Origin: Amphiscolops sp. MND2022
Lineage: Eukaryota
Assembly: GCA_964187785.1 (NCBI GenBank)
Contig: OZ076409.1
Span: 26,228,001 to 26,292,000 of the forward strand
Reading direction: 5' to 3'
Length of the DNA: 64,000 nucleotides
In this document: piece after piece, positions 25,608 through 36,952 of the stretch
Layout of the letters: every line of letters begins with the position of its first letter
How positions within the stretch are numbered: position 1 is the first letter of the stretch
Notes under the pieces: model-generated
Seen by the model: only the letters and a program-made list of their open reading frames with translations
Databases searched by the model: none
What the model was told of the DNA's origin: nothing
Position numbers and translations under genes: made by a program

Positions 25608-26453
25608 ATGGCAAACTTTGACGTCGATGGAAAATGCTCAGAAGTGTGCAAGCAATGCAAAAAACTGATGGGCCAAAGTGAAGCAGTCTTTAGATGTCTG
25701 TCGTGCTGTTGTGTAATGCATCTCAACGAGTGTGCTGGGCTATCAAAAAACTTAGTCAAGGCGATCCAGGAACTTGGGAGCAATATCCAACTTCTCTGCA
25801 ATGAATGCGTGGAGGCTGGAAGACGGGACGCAATTGTGGAAAGGGAAGCTTCAACGAGATGGGAAGAGAAAAAGGAAGCTAAGTTTGTTTTTGTTAAAAA
25901 CCAATTGTCTGAAATCAAAGAAACAATGGCTGATTTAAAAGATAGGTCAAATATTGATCCGATCTCTGCACCCACTGAACGTAGACCCCCTCCCGAAAAA
26001 TATGATACAAACGTTGAAATTCGTATCTCAGGTCTAGATGAATACAAGTCAAAGCCAAATGAAAAAACTTCTTCCGCCATTGTAAACTTTGAAACTCAGC
26101 AAGTTGAAGAAATATTTGATTTCCTCGGAGAAGAAAAACCGGACATAAAAATCATTAGAAGGCTTGGGAAAAGAAATTCTGAAACCGATCGACCTCGCAC
26201 AATGATACTAACTCTGTCAAACCCTTGGACGGTTCGAAAAATTCTGTCAAAGGCACCGATGCTTAAGAACTTCAAACCTCAAAATGCGAACAAAGTATAT
26301 ATGTCCAAATCATTGACAAAAAGTGAACAACTGAAACAGAAAGCATGCCTTCAAAAAAGATGGAAGTTAATAACTGAGGATGGTATTAACCGAAAAGATA
26401 TCTCTGTACGAAAATTCGAAGTGTATGTAAACGGGAAAAGAGTTGAAAATTGA
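25608..26453 (+). CDS. LINE ORF1 (PHD finger, coiled coil, RRM-like), 281 aa
   Basis: CKQC...CLSC...HLNEC...CNEC PHD pattern; IRISGLDE, IRRLGK, RPR and YMSKSLT motifs typical of CR1/L2 ORF1. Confidence 0.85.
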   Translation: MANFDVDGKCSEVCKQCKKLMGQSEAVFRCLSCCCVMHLNECAGLSKNLVKAIQELGSNIQLLCNECVEAGRRDAIVEREASTRWEEKKEAKFVFVKNQLSEIKETMADLKDRSNIDPISAPTERRPPPEKYDTNVEIRISGLDEYKSKPNEKTSSAIVNFETQQVEEIFDFLGEEKPDIKIIRRLGKRNSETDRPRTMILTLSNPWTVRKILSKAPMLKNFKPQNANKVYMSKSLTKSEQLKQKACLQKRWKLITEDGINRKDISVRKFEVYVNGKRVEN

Positions 26454-29096
26454 CTACAGAACATAACCAAAGAATTCTATATCTTGTGTTTCAACATTAG
26501 AAGTTTGTACAAAGTGAATAGACGCCAAACCTTTTCCAATTACCTCCTGAGTAAGAACTACGACATCATTTGTATCGCAGAAACCTGGCTCACCGAGGAG
26601 ATAGCAGAAAATGAATTATTTATCCCTCAGTATCAATGTTTTGTATCAAATCGCAAATCAACCCCGAAAACCACTTCTCATGGAGGTACTATGATAGGTA
26701 TCAAACGAACTATAAACTCAGAACAACTGTATTTTGACTACGAAGTGAATGGATCGGTTACAGCGTGTAATGCTACCCTAGGAAAGAAAAACACCCTCAT
26801 TTTGTACTGCTATTTTCCTCCTGAAAACAGCAAGTATGCGTATAATGAAGACCATTTGCAATCTTTCTTCAGGAATATTGGAATCTTACAAAAAAAGTTT
26901 AATGAAGTAATGATTTATGGCGATTTTAATTTTCCGACAATAAACTGGAAAAGTCTTTCATCTTCTATTCACCTAGAAAACAAATTCCTTGAACACCTGG
27001 AGTCACACGCACTACAACAGAAAGTAAATTTCCATACGGCTAGCTCTGGAATTTTGGATTTGTTTTTGGTGAGTGACAATGTTCAAGTAGTAAACGTCGT
27101 CAGCATCGAATATAGCAACATATCGAAACTGTCCAATCATTATCCTTTTGAAGTCCAATTCAGCGTAAAAATAAGCGACCTTCTACTAAGAAGCTGTGTC
27201 ACACAACAAATCTACAGTTTCTGCAGCGGAAATTATGGAGAGCTCTCAAAATATATCACTGAGAACAAATTCTTTAGTTACTGCTGGTCAAATCCAAACA
27301 AAATCCTAGAACTATGGTATGAATGGCTTGATTGTGCTTTAGAGGTGTATATTCCAAAGAGAACCATGCACAGATCATCATTACCACCCTGGATATCGAA
27401 AGAAACCTCGCATTTGATAAAATGTCTAAAAACGGCTAGGAAAAGATATGGAGAGTCTCATACGAAAGTTAAAGATTTAGCTTACCAAGTCGAAATCAAA
27501 GCAACAAACAAAAATTCAGATGTGAAAGTTATCAGCGATATCCTCTTCAGCGAAAAGGAAGTCATGACTATATGTAAAGATCTGAAAATAAATAAGAGTA
27601 AAGGTCCTGACGGACTACCTCCTTTGCTCTTCAAGAAAATCTGTCTTTCTATACCACACTCTCTATGCCAACTCTATCGAAAAATTTTACAAACGGGCAT
27701 TTTTCTGGATCTCTGGAAACAAGCTGTTGTTATTCCTATATTCAAAAAAGGTAGCAAGTCAGACGTCACAAATTACAGGCCAGTATCTCTATTGAGTATT
27801 CCTTCTAAAATATTCGAACATATTCTTTTCAAAAAATTATACGAGCACTGTGCCGAATACCTTCATGTGACTCAGTATGGTTTCAGAAAAAACCGCTCTC
27901 CCATTATTCAGTTGATTACGTTTCTCCAAAAAGTTTACAATGGAATTGAGTCTCAACAAGATATCGACATATTATGTACAGATTTCAGTAAATCTTTCGA
28001 CAGAGTCGACCATGGTATTTTACTACAAAAATTACATGATATTGGTGTACGTGGAAATCTATTCGAAGTTTTGAAATCTTACCTTTATGGTCGCTCGCAA
28101 AGAGTTAGGATAGCAAACGAGCTGTCAAAAGAGATCTCAGTAACAAGTGGCGTTCCCCAAGGCAGTATTCTCAGTCCACTGCTGTTCCTGATTTTCATCA
28201 ACGACCTGCCAGGAAAATGCGACCACATTATTCCTTTGTTATTCGCGGACGATGCCAAATTTTTAAGTGTTGGCTTTTCTCAAAATTTGGCACAAAAGGA
28301 CCTAGATGTACTACTCGAGTGGACTAAACTAAATAAATTACCCTTTAACATGGATAAATGCAACCATATGGAAATTGGTAAAAATCAAAAACAACTAAAA
28401 TATGGAGACGAACTAATACAGATGGTGTCAGTTCAATCTGACTTGGGTTTAACGATCTCAAATGATTTGAAATGGAATCTACACATAGACAAAGCCTGCT
28501 CGAAAGCTATCGGAGTCTTTCACATGATAAAACGCAACGTATCAAATCTCAATACGGAAGCAAAATTAAACCTATATAAATCTATGGTGGTGCCGGTCAT
28601 CTTATATGGGAGCCCATGTTACGGAATGAGCAAATATGTAATGTCTGAACTAGAAAATATCCAAAGAAGAGTCGTAAACTGGATTAAATTGGGAAATGAA
28701 TCTTACAAAGAAAAGCTATATTCTCTATCAATTCTACCCTTACCCATGTACGTCCAGATCAACAATCTTCTCCTACTTTCTAAAATGCTATCAGGTCGTT
28801 ACGCGTCTCCAATGTTAAAAATACCTATTTACTCAAGTTTCTCCCGCCATAATCTGTTTCAGCTGAAAAGACCGAACAGAAAGATACTGGAGGAAGATTT
28901 CTTCTTTCAAACATGCAGACTAGCAGACTCCCTAAAAATTGACCTACTTAACCAGATAGACTTAAAGAAGACGCTATTAAACTTGTTCTGGAGAAACTTC
29001 GAAAATTACGACGAAAGATACAAATGCTCGTGGAGACTAGCATGTGATTGTACGCCAAACAATTGCAGAAGCAAGACGTCAATAACAAACCTATAA
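26454..29096 (+). CDS. LINE ORF2 (APE endonuclease and reverse transcriptase); no ATG start, in frame with ORF1
   Basis: FNIRSL, IAETWL, GDFNFP, LDLFL and SNHYP (EN); KGPDG, YRPVSLL, GVPQGSILSPLLF and FADD (RT); C-terminal CDC..NC. The EN-RT linker looks shortened near 27500. Confidence 0.9.
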   Translation, partial: LQNITKEFYILCFNIRSLYKVNRRQTFSNYLLSKNYDIICIAETWLTEEIAENELFIPQYQCFVSNRKSTPKTTSHGGTMIGIKRTINSEQLYFDYEVNGSVTACNATLGKKNTLILYCYFPPENSKYAYNEDHLQSFFRNIGILQKKFNEVMIYGDFNFPTINWKSLSSSIHLENKFLEHLESHALQQKVNFHTASSGILDLFLVSDNVQVVNVVSIEYSNISKLSNHYPFEVQFSVKISDLLLRSCVTQQIYSFCSGNYGELSKYITENKFFSYCWSNPNKILELWYEWLDCALEVYIPKRTMHRSSLPPWISKETSHLIKCLKTARKRYGESHTKVKDLAYQVEIKATNKNSDVKVISDILFSEKEVMTICKDLKINKSKGPDGLPPLLFKKICLSIPHSLCQLYRKILQTGIFLDLWKQAVVIPIFKKGSKSDVTNYRPVSLLSIPSKIFEHILFKKLYEHCAEYLHVTQYGFRKNRSPIIQLITFLQKVYNGIESQQDIDILCTDFSKSFDRVDHGILLQKLHDIGVRGNLFEVLKSYLYGRSQRVRIANELSKEISVTSGVPQGSILSPLLFLIFINDLPGKCDHIIPLLFADDAKFLSVGFSQNLAQKDLDVLLEWTKLNKLPFNMDKCNHMEIGKNQKQLKYGDELIQMVSVQSDLGLTISNDLKWNLHIDKACSKAIGVFHMIKRNVSNLNTEAKLNLYKSMVVPVILYGSPCYGMSKYVMSELENIQRRVVNWIKLGNESYKEKLYSLSILPLPMYVQINNLLLLSKMLSGRYASPMLKIPIYSSFSRHNLFQLKRPNRKILEEDFFFQTCRLADSLKIDLLNQIDLKKTLLNLFWRNFENYDERYKCSWRLACDCTPNNCRSKTSITNL

Positions 29097-29146
29097 CTGA
29101 AGGGGGTGAACACCCCTTGTGTTTTCCAATAACACTAAAGCCCTAT

Positions 29147-29617
<471 letters not shown>

Positions 29618-32312
29618 ATACTTGGCTCTTTTCGAGAGAAACGCCGACTAAGAAACAATTAGCAAATATGGTAGATATAGGGCACAAATGGAAGTTGTAA
29701 CTGCAGAAGAGTTTCCAAGAAAAACCATTTTTTATGGTTACAAGTTTTATAGGCTAGTTATGCGATGGTTGCGCTGTTAGAAAGCCCGTCATTGCCAGCT
29801 TTACAGATTGAGGTGAAACTTAGGATGTCAATCCATTTCTGGAATCAAAATATATTCCTGATATTCCAATTAATTACATTGCATCCTTTTTGATTATAAA
29901 AAAATTGCTCTCGTTGATTTCACAGCGTATTCTCTATAAAACAATCATTGTTTTGAAGATGTTTTTTGCTTACTTTGGTTCCGAAAACATACGTGTCACT
30001 TGGAAATGGGAGATCATACACTAGGTTACCAAAAAGCAACAGACACTCAATTTCATTGATGAATAATTTTAAATCACAAAAAAACTTACATAAACAATTG
30101 AAACAAAAGTTCCAGGTACAAAACCTCAAATTTCGATCAAAATCACATGGGCACTTTTCTTTTGCAATAAAAGAAATTTTACAGAGTTTTACCGCAACTA
30201 ATTTTTGACTTTTGGTATTTGACAGCTGTTAGCAACGAAAAAATGTCTGAGACAGTCTTTACACCTTTGATTCATATCGCAAGCTTTAGAGTACAACATT
30301 TTTTTCTGAAAACGCCCTCCTTGAGATAAATAAATGAGAGTTTTCAAGTCTTACTATTTCGGCTATTCATTTTTTCCAGATATGATTTCCAGATAAAGAA
30401 CAATGAAAAGGCTACCGAAACGATTGAGTGATGTTTTTTCTCTGATCAGTGGTTTTTTAGAAAATACATAATCAAGTTTAGACAAGACAGGAGCGGCCCA
30501 AGTCGCCTCTCCGCTCAAGTTTCAAAAAAGTAAAGTTTTTTTTAATCTGCAAAAGGACACTATTGTTAAAATTACATCACTTTTACAGTGCCAAAAAAAC
30601 CCGGAGGGATACGCATAAGACTCGAAAACCACTTTTCTCCCAACTGGAAACATCAAAAAAATCCATCTTGCACAACCGAAAACCTTTCACAAAACGAACA
30701 AAAATGCCTCCGGTAAATTGCACAGTGCCGAAAAACCCAAGTAGTCCTCTATGCTCCCAAAACATTTGGTTTCTAGTAAAACTCGAGGCGCCTTCGATGT
30801 AGGCAAAATGAGAAAAAAATTGCATAGTACCGAAGAAACGCAGGTCTTTAAAAAATTGGATAGTATTGAAAAAATTATTGGTGGATGTGTATTGAGAAAA
30901 CGTATTATCAGACAAAAAATGAGAACTTTGAACAATATCATGGTGTCGAAAATGTGAAAGAGGGACCCTTGGCGATTTTTAAACAACCCGTTTGTTGTAA
31001 AACTTCAAAAAAAATGGTAGTCAACCTTTCGGAGACCACGAAGAAATTTTCTTTGAAAAAACCGAATTTTGAACAATCTAATAGTGCTGAAAAATCAGAA
31101 AGGGAAACCTTTATTCCGGGATTTTTTAACATCCATTCCGCTGTAAACTATTAAAAAAGTGAAAGCACAATAAACTTTGAAGACATTGAAAAGTTTTCAA
31201 ACAAAGTCTCCATGTGCCGGAAAAAAGTATTGGGGCAACTTTTCTGCTTTGGAATGTTTTTGTTTCTCATGTAAGAGGCTTTGCGTGCTAATTACAATGA
31301 TAAAAGTGCATATTGCACAAAAAGTGGACTGATTACATTGAATTGACAAAAAAACACTGTAAAGGTTGTGCTCTTCCTTCGAAAAAACTGACTAAAAGTA
31401 CCAGCAAAAAGAGATTTGAAACACTCTGTTTCATTTCGAAACACGACGCCCGCTGACCAAGAGGATTTTTTTTCTGTTCCAACTGTTCTAGGAACGACAT
31501 AATTCGGGTCTCAGTAGAACCCAATGCTCTGTGAAAGTGTGAAAAAAATTGAAGACAAGAAAGTTTTGACACTTCTTGATTCCTATTATTATTCGAATTT
31601 CGAAAGAAACACTTACGTCAAGAGCACACGAAATACTTTGATGTTTTTTTGTCGAAGTGTGTGCATACCTGTAAAGAACCTACCAAAATTTTGTAATATC
31701 GTACGAAAAAATAGTAAAAATTTCAAATTGCATAAACGTCCGCAATGTTTGCATCTTGGGTTATACTGCGGATATTTTTCAACTTAGAAAACTGCGAATG
31801 TTTCCTTCGAAAGTCCTACTGCATAGCTTGTTATTTCGGCCGGTGCCTAATAATTTTTACCTGGCAAAAAAGGTTAAAAACAATATAACCTTTTCGATGT
31901 TAGTTCTGTCCGATTTCTGTTTTGAACACGATCTTATAGCTAAATATTTCAATGCTGAGCCTGCTGATTTTTCTATTTTGAGAAAACTTTCAGAAACAGT
32001 GAGAAATTTTGAAGTAAATAGTCGAATTATAAAAAAAACGATAATAAATTTGAGGAACTTTATCCACTTTTGTACCAACGTCTAATTCAATGGATGTTCT
32101 AATTGGCAGTTTTTTTTAAAAAAATTTGAGGCCTATTTTAACTAAAATTACGGAGCCAAAAAATTCGTTCGAAGTAACGAAAATTGGAATGTTTTGGTTT
32201 TTTGACAGTTTCGCGGTCAAAAAAATATTTTCCAGAACGCCCAATGGATACAGGGTTAATTGGTCGTTGAGAGCCAATACCAATCCAATTAAAAAATTGC
32301 TCGACGCACGTA

Positions 32313-33072
32313 CAAACAAGCCGGGAACGGCCCAAGTCGGCGCCATATCTAAGGCTCAAAAATAGCAAAAGGACTTCAATGTGTCAGGTATTCTCTTCTA
32401 CAAAATCCACGTGAGGAAAAAAAATAGAAAAAAAAATCAAATTTTTTTGAAAATTTTTTTGAATTTTTTTGGTCCTCGGTAAGTCGCATAGTGCCGACAA
32501 ATGTAAAAGGGGGCATTTGGGAGTTTTTGAACATCCATTCTTTGGAAAAATAGGAAAAAATGAAGGGGGGACCCTTTCGAGACATTTGAAAAATTTGCGA
32601 AAAAAAGTCTCACTAAGCCGAAAACAACTATTGGAAGAATTTGAAAAAATATATATATTTTTAAAAAGTATTCGGTTGAAGTCGCACAGTGCCGAAAAAA
32701 CCCAAAAAGAGGTCATTTAGGCCCATTAAACGTTTTTTACAAACCGAAAACTTCAAAAAAAATGCAAGGGGTACCCTTTGATGATATTCGAAAATTTTCG
32801 AAAAAAGTCGCAGAGTGCCAAAAAAACCCAAAGGGGGGACCCTTTGGTCTCACCTGCTGTACTTTTGGAAGCATAAAATTATTATGGTTTAGTGCGAGAA
32901 TCGAACCCCCGCTCTACGGCTTCAGAAATTTAGTCGAAGATGAACAACAGAACAGATGAACAAATTGTAGAAAGTGGACCATTCAGAGTGAGATTGTAAG
33001 CTGAAAAAGAAAAAAAAACTACCCACTGTAACAGTCGGGCTTTTTTCCTTAAGGGAAAAGGCCCCGACTAAA
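32313..33072 (-). mobile_element. DINE-1/Helentron-like repeat copy (inverted relative to 54839-55388)
   Basis: AAACAAG...AAGTCGGCGCC subterminal IR at one end; hairpin AGTCGGGCTTTTTTCCTTAAGGGAAAAGGCCCCGACTAAAA at the other. A more degenerate copy lies at ~30482-31395. Confidence 0.6.
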
Positions 33073-35048
33073 AGGAGCAAGAGCACAAACATAATGAAAA
33101 ACTTGACATTTTTGGATCTTCGATTGATAGTGTCTTTCTAATGTACTTGTCTATATATGAAATTAAATTCATTAGGAATTTTCAAAACCTAAAAATTACA
33201 AATTTATCCAATTTTGAACAAAAAATAACTAAAATTGTCCAAAACGTGAAACCTTTTATCGTTTAACATCCTTGGTGCATTTTTGGACACATTTTTCTAA
33301 AACAAACAGCAGGTATATCCGCAAAGAAGCGTATTGGATTGCAGCCAAATTCGTCATTAAATCTTTTTGAACCTAATCCCCGAAATCTCTGATGATACAC
33401 ACTTATTTCAAAGAAATGGTTGAATTTATGAAACTTTCAGACTTCAGACTTTTCTGAATTCTTTCAAACTTTCCGCACGAATTTGCATCGAACAAGCAAA
33501 CTCTACATAGCTGGTTCATCTTTTAAAAACTTTCATTTGATCCAACTCACGAAACCTTTCAAATTTGTCGTGAAGTATGCGCAAAAGTGAGAAAAAAAAT
33601 CTTCAGTTTTTGACTATTCTGAGGGTCATTTTATTTTGAAGCTTTTTTCTAACATGAAGCTGTTACTGACTTTCAAAGTACTACTCGTTTAAGCGGTTGT
33701 TTGCTGTTGGATGTTTGCCTTCTTCAATCAAGCGATGTTATACGAAAATTGAACCAATTTTCCCAATGAACATGAAAACTTTGGTGTTTCCACTTTCTTG
33801 GGTCATTCTGAGGTATTGTTTTACGTAGACAAATACATACCGCATGAAACTAAAATTACATAAGTTCAATTCTCTTGGTGAAACCTTTCATTTTGGGTAT
33901 AATTTTGGAACATGGTAATCTTAAAAAAAGTAGCTGATTTAAATATTTCCCACTCCATATGTTGGCTCTTTTCTGTTTTCCCCACCACCAAAGTTCTGGA
34001 AAGTCAAATGCAGTAAAAATTTCACACCAGCCTAATTAAGAGAAAAACCTTCTTTCATAACAGGACGTTAAGGCCTATTGGATAAGTGTTTTGTTAGAAC
34101 AAAACATTTTTCACACATTTAAACTGTAATTTTGATCTTATTCACTGTTTTTTTTGAGACTCAAAAGAGGAAGCTGTTAATTTACTACTCAAAAATGATA
34201 AGGAAAAATAGTGTGAACAAATTTTATATCTCGATTCCAAATCGTCACACTGGAAATTAATTAGAATTGAAAAACCAGCCGAGACCGGCCCAAGTCTGCG
34301 CCATATCCAAGGCTCAAAAATAGCAAAAGGACTTCCAAGTGTCAATTTACAGTACTCGAAAATCGAAAAACCAAAAAAGGTGGACCGAGTAACGGTCCGG
34401 GGCCCGCTAGCGCGAGCCCCTGGCGCGCTAAAAGGGGGACACTTCCGAAATTGTCAACATTTTTGTCGCAGTTGAAGGGGGGCCCTTTTGAGAAAAAAGC
34501 AATCTTTCGGAAAAAAGTCTCACAATGCCGAAAAACAGAAAGGGGGGACATTTCGGGATTTTTAAACACCCATTCTGTTGTAATATATCAAAGAAATTGA
34601 AGGGGGACCCTTTGGAGAGAAAAAAATTAGAAAAAAAGTCTCACAATGCCAAAAAACTGAAAGGGGGACCCTTTGAGGTTTTTCAACATCCATTCTGTCG
34701 CAAAACATCAAAAAACTGAAGGGGGAAAAATGTTTTATTTTCGGAAAAAATCTCAATGCCGAAAAAAACTGAAAGGGGGGACCCTTTGGGATTTTTCAAC
34801 ATCCATTCTGTCGCAAAGCAGCAAAAAATTGAAGGGGGGACCCTTTGACGAAAAAAAATTTCCGGAAAAAAAGTCTCGCAGTGCCGAACAAAAATTGGAA
34901 GGGGGGACCCTTTGGTCTCGCCGGGTATGGTATATTACGCGGGAAAGCTGGAAAAATCTTTTTGGTCCAGTTCGCTAGGCCAAATGGTGCAATTTGGTTC
35001 AAAAATATTTTGTAGAACTTTTAAGAACTATTTTGGGCAGTTCGTGTG

Positions 35049-35479
35049 TGTTGCGGCGCAATACAAACAAGGCGTGATTAAATTAAGCAAATAATAAGGC
35101 AGGTTGGCCGAATGGTTAGTGCGTTGGCTTTCTAACCATAAGATCGCAGGTTCAATTCCCGGTAACTGCAAATATTTGGGAAAAAATCCAAATATCCAAA
35201 ATATCTCTAGTTTTTTGCAAATATATCTCAAAATAACCTTGAAAACACTGCAAAAAGGTCTTGCTATCTTGTTATTTACCATTGTTTGTTATTGTTTGTA
35301 AATGTTATTGTTCATTTGTCTGCCAAAAGCAATATTCTGACCGTTTAACATACTCATTGTTGCCTCGATTTGTGATCGGATCCCATATGTATACGTTTGG
35401 CCCTTAATTCATTATTGAAATCTCTCCAATTGAACTCTAAATACGAAGTCTAGGTTACCGAGAATTTAGCCTTTTTACA
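35049..35479 (+). repeat. 5' LTR of element B
   Basis: Direct repeat of 43504-43934. Confidence 0.95.
35099..35170 (+). promoter_or_regulatory. tRNA-derived cassette (A and B boxes) inside the LTR; second copy at 43554-43625
   Basis: GCAGGTTGGCCGAATGGTTAGTGCGTTGGCTTTCTAACCATAAGATCGCAGGTTCAATTCCCGGTAACTGCA, 72 nt. A box TGGCCGAATGG, B box GGTTCAATTCC; stems imperfect. Confidence 0.7.
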
Positions 35480-35496
35480 TGGTGGCCATAGAGAGG
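35480..35496 (+). promoter_or_regulatory. Primer binding site (TGGTGGCC..., possibly tRNA-Ile type)
   Basis: TGG start immediately after the LTR CA; the tRNA identity is uncertain. Confidence 0.7.
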
Positions 35497-36110
35497 CAAC
35501 TTTTATTTTTCTGGGACAAAATCTATTAACTCGGACACAACCGAGAAGCTGCAGGAGTGCCTGGCAAAGTCTGGACTTTTCCCGGAAGCGTCAGAGAAAG
35601 TCCGTCACTGACCCAAAAGTATCCGAAACCGACCGGAAAGTTTCCCAAACCCACCCGAAAGTGTACGATAATCAGCCAGAAGTGCCCGAAAGTGTCAGAC
35701 TATTACCCAGAGGCTCTACCGAAAGCCGCCATCAGCCGGAACTGTCCACCCATCTGTCCGATCGTTGCCCCAACTACCCGAAGGTGCCCGACAACTTCCA
35801 GCAAACGCCGGTAACTACCCGAAAGTAATTTCCAACCACCCTTTGCCCCAACCACCGTCCATGGAGGTATTTTAGTATCAAGCGAAAATTTCATTTGAAG
35901 AAACTTTGATGTGTGCTTTATTTAGTCGATAGCAAGACCTAAAAAAGAAACAAACGAATTATCGAAAATTACCGTGATATGCAGTGAAAAAACGTGATTT
36001 ATTGTGAATTATCCTAATTTAATTGTAAAGTTAAGGTGAAATAGCGTGAACTATTGTGAACAACCGCAAAAAAACTGGAACTTTGCTAGAAAAAGAGCAA
36101 AAACAACTGA

Positions 36111-36707
36111 ATGGTTCTAATATTAGCTGCTAGTTCTTTGCATCATGCAATAGAAACTGTTACCCCCGAAAATCAAAACGCTCTAAAAGAAAAAGTTCAT
36201 TCCATACCGGGCCTGAGTTTGAACACTAAAGCAAAAAATCCTCGAAAAATTGTACAAAACCTGATTGAAAAAGTTTTCAAAGACGAAAAAGAACTGATTA
36301 TTTGGCACGACGTCATTAATAACAGTATCTGTAAACATAAAAGTAACTTTTATCGTGCCTTATCAGTAATTGACCTAGTTAATGTTCTGAAATCTTTTCA
36401 AAACAGAATCAGGGCTCCTGTGTACTGCCAACGGAATCGAACGCCTGACATTTTCTTGCAATTGAAGGAGACAAACATTCTTGTACTGAACCCTGAAAAA
36501 GATTTTACCTCGCTGCGTAAGCAAAAAGATCCCGAATATTTGCAAAGTTTGAAGGCGTTGCACCAGAGTCCTGACCTAGAATTGAAACATCTAAATCTAA
36601 TTTTGAAACATGAAAACGATCTTCACCAAATTACTGCCCGCAGTCACCCCAAACGTCCCTCTAAACGCGCCCGTAAGGCGATGAAAAACCCAGTCACTTG
36701 CTGCTGA
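36111..36707 (+). CDS. Extra ORF (ORF0) of BEL element B, 198 aa, putative SGNH-fold protein
   Basis: Intact ORF between PBS and gag, homologous to 1292-1876 (ILAAS, GLSLNT, LIIWHDVINNSICKH, IRAPVYCQR, LHQ); basic C-terminus. Confidence 0.75.
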   Translation: MVLILAASSLHHAIETVTPENQNALKEKVHSIPGLSLNTKAKNPRKIVQNLIEKVFKDEKELIIWHDVINNSICKHKSNFYRALSVIDLVNVLKSFQNRIRAPVYCQRNRTPDIFLQLKETNILVLNPEKDFTSLRKQKDPEYLQSLKALHQSPDLELKHLNLILKHENDLHQITARSHPKRPSKRARKAMKNPVTCC

Positions 36708-36952
36708 TAACTGACTCCCCTCTTCATCTCTGTGTTGTGGCCGCGTCCGGACTTCATTGTCTGGTTGACGCTGCAACCAGTAAAAGTTTCTTTTCTGTGT
36801 TGTGTCCGAGCTTCACTGCTCGGTTGATTCACAGAAAGAAATCCCTGCCCGTGAAAAAGCAACAGTGCATCCGTCCTTTTAATCGTCTGTACGTCGTACA
36901 GATCATCGTAATCGTCCTGTTTTAACCCAAACACAAAAAAACCAGAAGAATT

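Noticed and set aside
30563..35094. Many short Lys/Phe-rich ORFs (also 52660-56758)
   Set aside because: They are chance frames in A/T-run-rich Helentron-like repeats.
35099..35170. Functional tRNA-Arg gene
   Set aside because: The D, anticodon and T stems pair poorly and the sequence is part of an LTR, so it is reported as a tRNA-derived cassette.
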